Shown piece by piece: positions 23,400 through 36,829 of a stretch of DNA of 64,000 nt (position 1 is its first letter; every line of letters begins with the position of its first letter). The notes beneath the pieces are model-generated. The model did no database searches and was not told the DNA's origin. It saw only the letters and a list, made by a program, of their open reading frames with translations. The stretch comes from Sphyrna mokarran (lineage: Eukaryota): assembly GCA_024679065.1 (NCBI GenBank), contig JAGIQG010000005.1, positions 122,140,001-122,204,000 on the forward strand, in the 5' to 3' direction. Position numbers and translations under genes: made by a program.

Positions 23400-25872
23400 T
23401 GCTAACAAGCCCAAATGATAAAATAGCTTTATTATGGACAGGATGACAATATATTGTAGAGGCTGACAACCCTTACTCATGAAAAAAATTCCCGCTGAGT
23501 GGAGTCTTCTCTCCGAAAGTCAGGTAATTCTATTCCTTCAGTTGGAGAACTGGACCCAGATAGCCCGAGTGGGGCATTTAAACAGAGATGGGGGTGGGAA
23601 TCGTGCAATTCTGTCACCACTTAAAATGAATGTTAAAAAGCTGACCAGTGAATTTCACTAATGGGGGGTGGATGTGTGAGGCTACATGAGGAAGGGGTGG
23701 AGAAACACCTTCAAAAGACCAGCCAGAAACAAAAAGGAAAATGCAGTTTCATTGTTCAACTCAAGACCACATTGCTAATAGAAGGAAAGGGAACCAAGTT
23801 ACCAAAGGGGATCAGTCACACTGAAGAAATGAGGAGTCCATGGATTCCAGCTGAAAAGTCTTTTCTTCAACTTGAGCGAATGAACACTTGATCTTATTCA
23901 TATCACACACAACCGAAGGTACAATAAAATTTACTTGGGACGACAGCTCATTTAACAATAAAAGTTAAGACACTCAAAAATCTGTTACATTAAACAATTG
24001 CATCATTGTTTTGAAGACAATTAATTGTCTTGCTGCAATTCTATGTTTAATAGTGATAGGATGCATTGCATCGCTGTTGGTAACTATGGATTGGGTGCCT
24101 CAGCTAAATTTACACACTGCAAATGCATCATTTTCTGAAAGATGGGATTTTTATTACCAATAAATCTATCACTCTCCATTTCAGAAAAGAGATGGGTACA
24201 TCATAGAATAACAATCAGCTTTTTTAAACAAGAAAATTAGCTTTTAGTAGGACTCAAATAATCATGATGTTCAGAAGCCTCTGCTATACCGTTCCACCTA
24301 AACATGATCACAGTTTTAAAAAAATGTAGGTAGACATAGCAAATGTGCCCAATACACTCATCAAATACTCGCTCTTTCGCACTACATTAGTCTCTCTCCT
24401 TTCAAATACAAGCCACTGTTGGTGTTAAAGACGGCTCATTTTGAGATACTTCATACACACGTATTAATTCCAAAATCTATTTCCCTTCTTAAATACTTTG
24501 CAACTGGACCAGGAAATGGGAGATTATAGCAAGCTAACTTTAAAGCAGGACTCCAGATTTGGAAAAAAACAAACAGCTGCAATTGTTAGCCAATGTCAAA
24601 TATGTCCAATAGTTAACTTTTTTTTAAGAATCAGGTTAGTTTGGATTATTTGTCAATTCTGTCTTCCAATAAAAAAATCTTTGCCATAAAATGATCTTGC
24701 TTTTGTGCCCAGCAGTATTCAATTGCAGCTGATCCATGCTTCTGAAAGCATGTCACTTGAAAACCAGATCAGTAAAATCTCAGTAAAACAGCGCAGCTCT
24801 CCATTTACTATAGCCTCACCCACCGTGCACATACCAGTCCAAGGAAGTGTTAATGCCAAGTTTTATTACAAAAAAACCCAAAAAAAACCCCATTATTATA
24901 ATACCATTAAACATTCCATTGCCATGTTTACAATATGTAGTCTTCAGGCCATCTGAAATTAAAATGCATGTTCTGTGAGAGCACTAGACATTCAAATACC
25001 TGTTAAAGAATTAAAGTCCCTTTTTTTAAGACAAAAATCTATTACTGTGTTTTAAAAGAAAGTATACCTGTATATAACTGTATTTTAAAATGTCAGTGTT
25101 TCTGTAAGTGCTAAACAATACCTTGAACATATATTTATACATAATTCTGAACAAAGTGTAGTTCTACGCAATTAAATTTATTTACGATCCAAATTTACCT
25201 TAAAAAGTGTCTTTTAAGGAGAAACCTGTTCACGGATCACATACTGCTGGCACAAATCTAACAGTCAGGCAGCTAGAACAATAACCAACTACAGATATTG
25301 TATCCCATATGTAAACATTCTGCTTTTATTGTACAATTAAGAGGTCTCCTTTTGTTTAGCAAATTTTGGCATCTTGTCTTCAAAAATACTCTAATGTTGG
25401 ACTTTCTATATCTCCCTTTAACCTGGAGTTGCTACACTTATTGCAGCTTGGCACTCCACTCTATTGGCATTCCTTGCTACCTCAAACAACTTAGCTGCCC
25501 GGCAAAGAGAACAGACGTTGCTCTTCATACAGGTGTTGCCAGATGCATTTTCATTTCTCTAAAAAACAGGAAAATCTACCCCCATCCCAACTTTATCCAG
25601 GCCTGCCTGGATAAACACGGCAGCCCCAGGATTATAGGAATTAAGTTAAGGAAGAACTGAACAGCAAATCCCTCAGACATTAGCACAGTTGGACTCAGAG
25701 CAGCCTGAACAAACCAGGTGAAAAATACTTGCAGAAAATACAAGTGTTTCAGAACTGTAGACTCTGCAACCCAAGTGTCAGGATTGCTAGGCAGTAAAGG
25801 ATGTCCCTATGTCTGGCAGTGTCATAGACACTAATTGATAAGAGAGGGTTTGAAGTAGTCTACAGAAAACTG
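23400..25872 (-). other. STRN: STRN 3' UTR (inferred extent) with several AATAAA signals
   Basis: AT-rich and largely TE-free downstream of the stop. Minus-strand AATAAA at 25325-25330, 25177-25182, 24862-24867 and 23428-23433; the last two have GT-rich downstream elements. Confidence 0.55.
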
Positions 25873-26042
25873 TCATACAAATACTTTAGCCAGTGCGTCC
25901 GCCCCAGCACTGGCAATGTAACATTTGGAAGGATGGAATGCCACATCATGGATAGACTCATCAAACTTTTTACGATGTGCAGTGAATTCCTGAATACAAG
26001 TCTTGGTCTCAAGGCTCCACAAGCGGATTGAAGAGTCATGAC
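25873..26042 (-). CDS. STRN: Striatin exon 18 (last coding exon, WD40)
   Basis: (S)HDSSIRLWSLETKTCIQEFTAHRKKFDESIHDVAFHPSKCYIASAGADALAKVFV*; acceptor cttccaaag; 170 nt. Confidence 0.97.
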
Positions 26043-26149
26043 CTTTGGAAGAAGAAAAAAGAATAGTTGATAATTGAGAAACATATCAAAAGTCAGATTG
26101 TTTTGCTTAGTCAGCCATGCAGAGAAATCCATCACTTTGCTGAACAGTC

Positions 26150-26790
26150 ATATGTCCTTTAGGGAAGGATATCTGCTGTCCTGACCTGGTCTGGCCTACG
26201 TGTGACTCCACAGCCACAGCAATGTGACTAACTCTCAACTGCCCTCTGAAATGGCTAAACAAATCACTCAAAGGCAATTAGGGATGGGCAACAAATACCG
26301 CCCAGCCAGCAATGCCCACATCCCCTGAACAAATAAAAGATTTATAAAATTTAAAGGTTATTTGTGTCACAAGTAGGCTTGCATTCACACTGCAGTGAAG
26401 TTACTGTGAAAACCCCCTAGTCACCACACTCTGGTGCCTGTTCGGGTACACTGAAAGAGAACTTAGCAGGGCCAATCCACCTAACCAGCACGTCTTTTGA
26501 ATCAAAGAATCATTAAATCATTATAGTGCAGGAGGCGGCCATTCGGCCCACAGGGCCTGCACTGATAACAATCCCTATTCTCCCAACTCCATATATTTAC
26601 TCTACTTATCCTGACACTAAAGTCAACTTAGCATGGCCAACCAACCCAACCTGCACATCTTCGGACTGTGGGAGGAAAGCTGACCACCCGGAGGAAACCC
26701 ACACGGACACAGGGAGCATATGCAGACTCTGCACAGACAGTGACCCAAACTAGGAATCGAACCTGGGTCCCTGGCGCTGTGAGGCAGCAG
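26150..26790. mobile_element. SINE cluster: family-2 SINE 3' half (+, 26150-26340), type-B tail (-, 26355-26500), V-SINE (-, 26510-26790)
   Basis: Homology to the other copies in the window. Confidence 0.8.
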
Positions 26791-27650
26791 TGCAGTGTCC
26801 CAGAAGGAAGACTGCCAGCTTCTATTGCTCTAACTCCCATTAGTGAATCAGGCTGACTGGGAAATTGTTAAAAGTGTGTTGCAACACTGTAGGCCACTGC
26901 CAATCAGAAGTACAGGATTATCCGGTTTGTCAGAGAGGATCAGTTTCACGTAATAGATACAGCACCTTCAAGCAAACTCAACTGGAAAGAATCCAACTTA
27001 TATATCTCCTTCAAAGAGGTGGTCACTATTTGATGAATAGTTGCTTAATCACGTCTGAGTTGTCATTAGCCTGCCAACCTTCACATCCATCTAGAAATGT
27101 GTGATCATCTATCAAATGGTACTTCCACTTGCCAAAGGTGCAAAGCTTTAACTCTTACTTTAGCACCCAATCAACCTTTCAGGTATTCACTTTACAGAAA
27201 CTCTCATCCCAAGCAGCAGAGTTTTCTCATAGCTTTTGTTGCAGTGGAAGGATGAAACAATAAACAGCTTCTTATGTGCTAGATATCTCCATGTCCTGGA
27301 TATTATATCCAAGCCATGTGACAGACCTGTCACAAATGTGCACCACCTTGCCAGAAGAGCAGCATCATAATTCTTCCAGGAATACATGGGACAGAAAATC
27401 CAAGGCCACCCAACATAAAGGAACAGGATAAGTCCCAATAAATATCCTTGCCTCATTCCCATTTCAGAAACTACAGGCTCAGTGCAAATCTACCTTGGCA
27501 TGGACAGGAGCTGGAGCAAGCATGCCAAATAAACTTGAGGATTAGGCAGACATTCCAGGAGCTTCAGTGTTTACATGTGATATCAACTGAGAACACTTAC
27601 ATAATTAAGGTAAAGTATTGTGAATTGATGCATTTTAGGTGGGTACTTAC

Positions 27651-27737
27651 TGCCAGACATCAGATACAAGCCATTTGGATCTACAGCTAAACTTGTGACA
27701 GCATCCAAATGGGCTACCATTGAATGAAGAACTTTTC
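27651..27737 (-). CDS. STRN: Striatin exon 17
   Basis: (G)KVLHSMVAHLDAVTSLAVDPNGLYLMSG; cag / gtaag; 87 nt. Confidence 0.97.
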
Positions 27738-28969
27738 CTGGAAATAAAAACAGTAAACATATTAGAATGGAATGGTAGAGCGACACTACAATGAAGATGG
27801 CTTTTTGACCCATTGGACCTGTATGTATGTCTATGTAATAATGGATATATATTTTGTATTCAGCTGTAACTATCTACAATGAGTCAATTTCCTTTTCGAT
27901 TCATATATCTGAGCATATCTTAGACTGATAGTTCAGCACAATAAATAGTTAACAACTGTGCACTATTATTTTCTGGATGGTACGTCAAAGCAAGATTCAT
28001 TTTGCTTTGACTTATGTAAAACATCTCTGGCACTATTCAGGAAAGGAGGATCTTTTCCTGTGTGCTGGCAGCCAAAACTGTTGCAGCTAGCTCATTTAGT
28101 TGCTATCTGTGAGATCTTGCTAAATGCAAAATGACTTACCTTTCATTCACCTCACAGGTGGAAGGACGAAAAGCAATGCATTCATTATTAAACATTCAGG
28201 TGTAATTTTTTTCAGTTATTTATGGGATGTGGATTATCAGTGGGAAGGACAGCATTTTTGTCCTTCCAATTCAGTGGTAATGGTGAGTCACCTTCTTGAG
28301 GCGCTGCAGTCTTTGAAGTGTAGATATACCCATAATGCTGTCAGGCATGGTATTCCAGAAATTTTCAGCCAGGATGATGAAAGCAGTCTATTTCTGAATA
28401 GGAAAGCAGTGTGACTTTGAGGTGGTGCTGCCACGCATCAGTTCACAGAATTATGGTGAAAGAGGCCATTCATCCCCCCCATGTCTACATCAGCCACCCG
28501 AATGAACAATTCCCCCCATAATCCTGCATTTTCTTCCTTTTCAGCTAACAGTTCAATTTCCTTTTAAATGTTTCCATTGAACCTGTCTCGATCACAGGTA
28601 GTGCATTCCAACCCTAACCATGCTGTGTCAAAACTTTTTTTATATTGCTTTTGCTTCTTTTGTCAATTATGTTAAATCATTAGATACTGTGGAAAAGTAA
28701 ATTTTCTTCCATTATCTTAACTAAATTTCTTTTCATCAATACATATTATCTGTCTCAATAACTAAGATTGTTGCTTTGACTTTAACAGAATAGTACTGCT
28801 CATTGGAATATTTTCCTGACTGTTACAATCTGTCAGCAGCTCAGCACATTCAGGAACCTGAAACAGGAACCCAATCACTGTTCGTTCGGTTTACCAACTA
28901 CCAGAGATTAGTTTACAAATGATTGATTTTAATTCTCCGGTCTTCACAACTAACTTTTATTTTCCTCTC

Positions 28970-29530
28970 AAACAGAATGGGAATGGAGGGATATAGAAAA
29001 CTGATTTAAAATAGGGATCATGAGCCTTTAGAGTCCCTGTGAAGTATGTCAATAGATGATATTGATGTACTTGTTTTTATCCTACAGGTGCTTTGGTCCA
29101 TCTTGTTGTCTAATGAGGGGCATACACGTGATGGGTCATGAGAGGGCTGCTCTTGGATTTTTTGAGAGTATCCTAGTGCTTCACATCGTTAGTGTACACT
29201 TGACCTGGACCATTTGATGGGCAGCACGACAGCTCAGTGACTATCGCTATGCTGTGCAGATACATGGATTTGGGCCTGTGTCTGTGGGAGTTTGCGCATT
29301 CTCCCTGTGCTTGTGTGGGTTTTCTCCCGGTGCTCCGGTTTCCTCCCACATCCCAAAGATGTGCTCTTAGGCTAATTGGCAAAACAAATTCTCCCGAAAT
29401 TGTCTCAAATTTGGTTTTTAATCCATAGATCTATAAACAGACAGGGATCGCGGGTAGAGGTGGGAACATCGGGGTGGCGGTGCGGGCTCGTTGGGCCAAA
29501 GGCCTGTTTCCCGTGCTATTTTGTTCTCTG
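28970..29530 (+). mobile_element. CR1 LINE 3' end with V-SINE-containing 3' UTR (copy A)
   Basis: NRMGMEGYRKLI* followed by a ~500-bp UTR nearly identical to 52002-52555 and 33818-34254. Confidence 0.85.
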
Positions 29531-31658
29531 TGGCAAATAGAAGTGCCATCAGAGTGTAAATGATAATATATTTTTGTGTGTTTAGGACAGCTGTTACTGA
29601 TCATTTTAACCTTCTGCTCCTGATGTGAAGCATTCATAACTTTGTAATACTGCAGCTTTAGTATCCTTAGATGATGCAGAAACTTTGGTCCCTAAAAAGA
29701 TGGAGGAAAATGCATATTGGCCTCAAGGACAGTAATGAGCATTTATATAATCATGTTCTCAAACGTAATTTGCTGATCTCACCAAAGACTACACTGTGAT
29801 AACTAACTGCACAGATCAATTATCTGCATTGTTAACAGTTTATTGAACTTGTGGGCAACTGTTTGGCTGGGAACAGGTCTGGAAGGAATAGGGCTCTGAA
29901 GTACATTTCACAGGTGACTTGATGGTCAGATATTTCTGATTCTGAAGAATAAGTAGGATGATTTTCACCAGGTTATCTAGGTTCAAGATCGAGACAAATA
30001 ACTAGAGCTGGTTAAGTGAATCTTTCTGTATAAATGTTATGGATGCTGGTTCAGGTTTAATATTAATAAGCAAGTTGAAAATATAGTCAATGTTTTCAAT
30101 ACTTTTGTACAGGAGGAAGGAAACATTTAAATCCTTGGTAAGTGAAGTTTGTTGAATTGATTTCATTTTGTTTTCATAAGGGGCAAAGTTTCACTTGCAA
30201 GAATAGTCAGAGGGAAAAACACAAGTGGCATAGTAAGGTCTAAAAATAAATTAATACCCTACATCAGATATTAACTCCTGGTCTTTATGTTTGAGCCTTA
30301 ATATTTTCTAAAGGGGAGGGGAGGTTTATTACCTAACTTTGTAAGGAAGCTGATTTAGTGTCAGCATTGGAAAATAAATGAATCTTTTTACGCTCACAAT
30401 AATATTGAACCCAAATTGCACAATGAAAAAATGTTGCCAAACATTCATTAGAAAGATTTCAAAAACAACTCCACTTAACCTTTTGGTTTCTCTTAATCTC
30501 CAATTCAGGTTTCGTGCTCTTAGATTATTTAGCAGCTCCCCCCCCCCATTATGTTCCTTTAAAGTTTTCTTTAAAGCACTCCAACATTCTTGGCATAATT
30601 TGATATATTTTGAACAAATTCAAAGCATGTTTCTTAATTAACCTTAGCACACAATATCAAGAAATGTTATGCTACAGTTGAAACACGATTGATGTAGTGA
30701 GGTGAACTGCAGGACAAACAGAAGAATGTTGAAATATAAGTTCACAGCCTTAAGCTTCAGCCTCAGATGTTTGCTGTGCTTGCTCCCAGTTCAAGTTTAC
30801 ATACTAAGTCTGTTAAAATGGTTAGGAAGCACCAACTGAAGCAAGCAGTAATAGTGCCAACATCAACATTTAATTGCAAATGAAATTTAATCTCCTCATA
30901 ACAGGGTCAATCTGCAGTCTCGCATCTACGTGGAGGCAAGATGCAGAAAAATAACATCTACTGACCTCTCACCCAAGAAACAGAAACTTCTAGATTAGGA
31001 TCAAAAACTGCTGAGAATTCTCTGCTGGTCCTGAGACATTATTTTCAATGCCTTCATCACATTTCTTTTGTCCAGGCAAGGACAAGGCCTGACTTTTAAA
31101 AAAAAAAAAATGTTGTCCATCACATTCATTTTGTGTCAAGTAGCAAATGCTGCTGGGCATGAAGGCAGAGACAATTGCCAAGTGCAGTCATTTTCTGGCC
31201 TTGGACCCCCTTCATAGTTTCACACTTTTGATTTCAAATGCCATAAAGAGAACTCACTCTCTTAGATAGGAGCCAGACCACATGAGAAGAACAAATCACT
31301 AAAAGCAGGGGATCGCATTGAGATTATTCATAATCTTCTGGGTCTTCAGCATTAATCTGGCTGGTTTATCAGGATAGCTTTCTTCATAAAAGGTCATTAG
31401 TGAAAGCTTTATTTCTCAATACATTGAATCTTATGGCAGATTATTAACACTAACCAGATCAATGACATACCATATAAACGTACAGCACTGAAGGCGATGT
31501 ACACAATGCAAGTTTTGAAAAAAAACAAAAAGGAAGGCAATGAAGGTGGTGGCAGTAATTGAAAATTTTGCTGTTAACAGTATGCTTTATATGGGGAAGA
31601 AAGTCTGGACAATTCAAAGACACGTCTCAGCAAACAGAAGAAATAAATATTTTCCTAC

Positions 31659-31763
31659 CTGTGTTATTGTCAAAGAATTTTATGTGTCGGTCCTCATGGG
31701 CTGTGATAGTAACGGGAAGTGTAGGATGACTAATGACCTTATTAATTTGACATGTAGATGAAG
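31659..31763 (-). CDS. STRN: Striatin exon 16
   Basis: (A)SSTCQINKVISHPTLPVTITAHEDRHIKFFDNNT; cag / gtagg; 105 nt. Confidence 0.97.
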
Positions 31764-31949
31764 CTGTATGGGCAAATAAGGGAGAAATATAGTAACAATT
31801 TACACCAGCACCTAAATTCTTCTTCCAATCACAATTTACTAAAATTAACTTTAAAGCCATAAAATGTTAAACATTCATATTATTTCAGACATATGAACTT
31901 TTCACTTTGATAGAATGTGAGTGGAATAATCCATAGTATCATAGATGAT

Positions 31950-32125
31950 AAAGGCAAATGGTAAAGTTGCCATTGTTCCAGATGACCATAGGCTACTCTT
32001 CCCAGGGGCCGTGGTGAGAAGGCAGGGCCTTCATGAATAACCTCAGTCGATACAGGAATTGAACCCATACTGTTGGCGTCACTCTGCATCACTAACTAGC
32101 TGTCCAACCAATCGACTCAAACCGT
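31950..32125 (-). mobile_element. tRNA-derived SINE (third family)
   Basis: Minus-strand GGTTTGAGTCGATTGGTTGGACAGCTAGTTAGTGATGCAGAGTGACGCCAACAGTATGGGTTCAATTCC, with A/B-box-like motifs. Confidence 0.6.
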
Positions 32126-33077
32126 TAGGTAACTGAGGACATCATATACAAGCCTAGTACCACTGGAGCTCACTATGAAATGAACTGTTTTGCCAGGGTT
32201 AAAAGCTGCAAGAGCAAAAGGACCTAATTCCAAGAGTAGGTTGGATGTAACTTTTTTTTTCTTCTAAAGGACTATGACTAACATAGGAGAAATTTTTCTA
32301 GCTTTTTGTGCTGTATAAGCTAAAAATGAATGCCAATGGACTTTTAAACCAAGGGTAAAAACATCCAGTCCAAGCTAGCCATCCTCCAACCCACCACACT
32401 CATTTCCCAGCAGACAGCCAAAATCTGATCTACACACACTAATTATGTCCTTTTGCCTTTCAAATTTCTTGGCTAGATTTGGGGTTAGCACTGGAGCATG
32501 CAATATTTCCAATTTTAGGATCTGGTGCCAGCACTAAGCACTTTCAGGTAACTTCCCCAACATTGTGTCACAGTGGTTCCTACTGCAACAGCATAGAGGC
32601 ATTTTTGTACTGGTTGATGATTACAAGAGAATAGGATAGACATGCTGGAAATTATCAATGGCTCAGAAAAGATAGATGGAAACTTGAGAGTTTTTAGATA
32701 ATCTTAATTTCCATTTCAATTAAACTTATTTCCTCCCCACCTTATCCCTGCTTAATATGCAAAACTAAACTCTAGTTGTTAACAGAGTAATTAGCAAGAT
32801 GTAGAATGGAAATACAATACGAATGTACTGCAGTGGCCTGGCAGACCTGTTTCCTGTCATTACAAAGTCTAGAATGAGGATCATTGATACAAGATTAAAC
32901 ATACAAGATTTACAATCGAGAACAAGTAGAACATTAACAAGAATTGAGGCTATAAAATTCACTTTGAATCGAGTCAGAAATATGTCAACGTGCAATACTG
33001 CGTTGGATGAAAGAAAAGGCTGTACAAATTGTTTAGGGTTATTTGCTCATATGGAGGAGGAACACCAACATACAGTG

Positions 33078-33760
33078 AAATAAAACAAAGTGCTGGGAAA
33101 ACTCAGCAGATCTGGCAGCATCTGTGGAGCGAGCAACAGTGTTAATGTTTCAAGTCCAATATGACTCAATCAGAACTGAAGACAGAGAAATATGATGGAT
33201 TATATGCTGTTAAAAAAGAGAGGATGGTCAAGTGGAACAAAAGGGAAGGTCAGAGAGAGGTTAGAGGGCAGAGGAGGTTAAGCTACAAAGATGTCATGGA
33301 ACAAAAGGCAAAGATAGTGGGAACAGTAGCAGCAAAAGAAAAAAGCATTGGTCCACAGTAGGGGCATATAGCAGAATAAAAATCAGCATTGTCTGAATGC
33401 AAAACATAACAGATACAGATGGGCACAGGGGGAAAAAAAACACAAAATGGAGGACAGACTTCACGGTCTGAGGTTGCTGAAATAGATGTTGAGTCCAGAA
33501 GGTTATAAAGTGGCCAGCTGGAAGATGAGATGCAGTTTCTCAAGCTTGTGTAAAGCTTCACTGAAACACTGCAAAAGACTGAGAATAGAACTGTGAGACA
33601 CAGCAAGGTGATGAATTAAAATGGCATGCTGCCAGGTCAGGAATGAAAAGGGGAACCCTATCATGGTTCTTGGATGGTAGTTCAGCTCTGAAGATGATGC
33701 TACACAGATGCTACCAGATCTACTCAGTTTTTCCAGCCTCCAGAAATTATAATATTTTGT
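33078..33760 (-). mobile_element. Penelope-like element fragment (GIY-YIG C-terminal region and terminal repeat)
   Basis: Minus-strand AACHFNS.., then frameshifted KLEKLHLIFQLATL*PSGLNI, plus the CTCAGCAGATCTGGCAGCATCTGTGGAG terminal motif. Confidence 0.7.
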
Positions 33761-33817
33761 TTATATCAACATTGACAGATTAGCCTGAGTGTCCTATTTC
33801 TGTGATACCACTACACT

Positions 33818-34254
33818 GTCCATCTTGTTGTCTAACAAGGGGCATACATGCGATGGCTCGTGAGAGGGTTGCTCTTGGATTTTGAGAGTATCCTAGTGCT
33901 TCACGTCGTTAGTGTACGCCTGACCTGGACCATTCGATGGGCAACACGAAAGCTCAGTGACTATCGCTGTGTGCGCAGACACATGGATTTGGGCCTGTGT
34001 CTGTGGGAGTTTGTGCATTCTCCCCGTGCTTGCGTGGGTGTTCTCTGGGTGCTCCGGTTTCCTCCCACATCCCAAAAATGTGCTCTTAGGCTAATTGGCA
34101 AAACAAATTCTCCCTAAATTGTCTCAAATTTGTTTTTAATCCATAGATCTATAAACATAGACAGGGATCACGGGTAGAGGTGGGAACATCGGGGTGGCGA
34201 CGCAGGCTCGTTGGGCCGAAGGGCCTGTTTCCCGTGCTGTTTTGTTCTTTGTTC
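33818..34254 (+). mobile_element. CR1/V-SINE composite 3' UTR (copy B, more 5'-truncated)
   Basis: Colinear with 29096-29530 and ~52128-52555. Confidence 0.85.
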
Positions 34255-34760
34255 AGTGCATCTCTAATATGCTGTGGGCTATGTCCATTAACAGCTGGAT
34301 TGAGACCTGACCAAGTACATTTTTGGTCTGAGGTAGATTGGTATCCAGAGACTAAAGGCCAGTGCCTAACCCTCTGTGCTCCCCAGAAACCAAAATTTTA
34401 ATCTCTTACTGAAAGCTGTATTCCATTTAAGTGTCAGAAAAACATTAACTAGGAAGAAAGGAAGAGATGACCAGTAATATAATTAGCTAGTCCTTTCCTC
34501 AGATTACATTTTCACTCAAAAATGGCCATTTGTTAACTATATAGTTTAGTTTCATCCTGGGAGGGCATCAGATGGTAACAAGTCACATTACTAGTGTAAT
34601 TTAACTGATCATTCAAATTAGTTAAAAACTCAAATCAAATGGATCCCCAAAATTAGCTGTCAGCCATTACTGTCTATAATCCCCTTTTTACAATAGTAAA
34701 ATAGTAGTGCCGGTCTTGTTTTATCTAATAACCAAAAGTCTCTTATTCCAAGAACCATAC

Positions 34761-34898
34761 CATCAATATTGGACTCAAAGGTGAGGAATCGCTGACACGT
34801 CTCCATGTCAAATATGCTTGTCTGCCCGTTCACAAAAGATGACACTAAATGAGAAGGATCACTGCAGACTATGTCAACCGAGGTAGGGATTCCAAATT
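34761..34898 (-). CDS. STRN: Striatin exon 15
   Basis: (E)FGIPTSVDIVCSDPSHLVSSFVNGQTSIFDMETCQRFLTFESNID; cag / gtatg; 138 nt. Confidence 0.96.
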
Positions 34899-35649
34899 CT
34901 GCAGGAAGAAAACAAAATCATCCGTGTTACACAAAAGTTATTAGCACTTTCATGCTGTACATATCAAGCTGCAGTTATATCCAGTAAAATCTTTAATACA
35001 AATAATTCTAATGAGACACACTGGATGAAAATTCATGGACAATGGAGGTCAGATTTCCAATACAATTCTGGGATGGGGAACGGAAAGACATCGAGTTCAG
35101 ATTCAAATTTTCTAGTATATATACAACACAAAACCATCCACATTAATCATGAATAATGCTAATTTTCCTTTTAGCTCAGATTGAATTTAAAGCTGCAGAA
35201 TGCTCTTGATTTTAATACCTTCAGATAGAATCACCTGAGCATAGAACAAAATTATTACTTGATCATTGTGTCCTATGCATTAACCGGAATATAACAGATT
35301 TTGCTAACTTCTGATATTTAACGCATAAAACTAATGCTTGAATGCACTTCTGGTCAACATTGCCCATTTTGCAACTTCTATGGCCACATCATTAATCAAC
35401 TAAAATTTGCCCTGGTGTAATTACATTCTATACCATTTTGGGTTTTTTCTAGAAATATGGGAACAGGAAATAATCATGGAAACATAAGGATGTACGATTT
35501 CAAAATGCAAGTCAAGTTACATCTGTGTATCCTAGTTGACACATCCCCATCCCTCACCCAAAGGGCCTTGCTCTCAACTCAGCACCATAAGAGATCAATC
35601 AACTGAACACTAGTTAAAAATGAATTCCGGAGACAAATTCAGTCCCTAC

Positions 35650-35817
35650 CTCGGTTCTCATTAAATATGCAAAGCGAAGGTGCAATTTCAGTGGCATTCC
35701 ACAGCCGTAGAGTACCATCAGCTGAACAGGACAGTAAACGTTGATGTGTTGCACTGTATACCAAACCCCAGACTGCATCACTGTGGCCTTCCAAAGCACC
35801 TCGAAGCACTGAAGGAT
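35650..35817 (-). CDS. STRN: Striatin exon 14
   Basis: (D)PSVLRGALEGHSDAVWGLVYSATHQRLLSCSADGTLRLWNATEIAPSLCIFNENR; cag / gtagg; 168 nt. Confidence 0.97.
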
Positions 35818-36154
35818 CTGCAAACAAACGTCTTCTTAGAATGAACCAGAACAAACTCACATCAAGCTTTGTCTCAATGCTTTTCCCCTTGTACCCTCCT
35901 CTGAAAACTGCCATTCTTGCCACATTGTTCAGGAGACTTCCTGACACCTGATAACATAATAAGTATACACAAACAAAAGTCTGGATACAGCAGGCTAAGT
36001 CGTTACATGAAGGACGATTAAAAGAAGAAAAAAAGCACTTTTTGAGATGCTTTTTGTGACAAAACTACATAGCTTAAACCCGAAATTATGTCGTCATTTT
36101 GCAAAGGCGGAAAGCAACACTGGCTATGAAAGAATGATAAAATCCAGTTATTCT

Positions 36155-36450
36155 GGCAGCTCGGTGGCATATGGTTAGCATTGCTGCCTCACTGCACCAG
36201 GATCTGGGTTCAATTCTCAGCCTGGGTCACTGTCTGTGTGGAGTTTGCACATTCTCCCCATGTCTGCGTAGGTTTCCTCCACGTGCTCCAGTTTCTTCCC
36301 TCAGTCTGAAAGACATGCTGGTTAGGTGCATTGGCCACATTAAATTCTGCCCCCGAACAGGCGCCAGAGCATGGCGACTAGGAGATCTTTCACAGTAACT
36401 TCATTGCAGCGTTAATGTTAGCCTACTTGTGACAATAATAAATAATCTTA
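36155..36450 (+). mobile_element. V-SINE (type B tail)
   Basis: Homologous to 9840-10120. Confidence 0.85.
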
Positions 36451-36829
36451 AACTTGTTCAAAGAAAAAAAATCTTTACATTTCTTTCATGTCTTTTCATA
36501 CCATTCAGGATTTCTTGAGAAAATTCATGTCCGATAAATTATTTTTCAAGCATGGCTACTGTTGTTGTGCAGTCAACATGCCAGGTATTGGCACACAGCA
36601 AGATCTGACAAATGAAACTAATGGCCATTTAACTGCATTTTATTGACATTAATGGGAGGATACATTGATAAGAGAAGCATCATTGGAGAGAATCCCATAG
36701 TATAAATTGAGATTGCTGGAAATTTGACATTCCTATATTTGTTCTAATGAGTGATGAAAAGCTTCAGCAAAATGCACTCTTTCCAGCAATATTCAAGTTT
36801 TGTACTACCAAGCAACTACATAGGTATGT

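Noticed and set aside
25830-25875. STRN stop TGA-C with a possible 13-aa readthrough extension
   Set aside because: The context is TGACAG, not the strong TGACTAG motif, and the extension has no recognisable signal.
33935-33960. GGGCAACA motif recalling the HDV ribozyme in the composite LINE
   Set aside because: I could not build the nested pseudoknot; it is better explained as a decayed SINE tRNA head.
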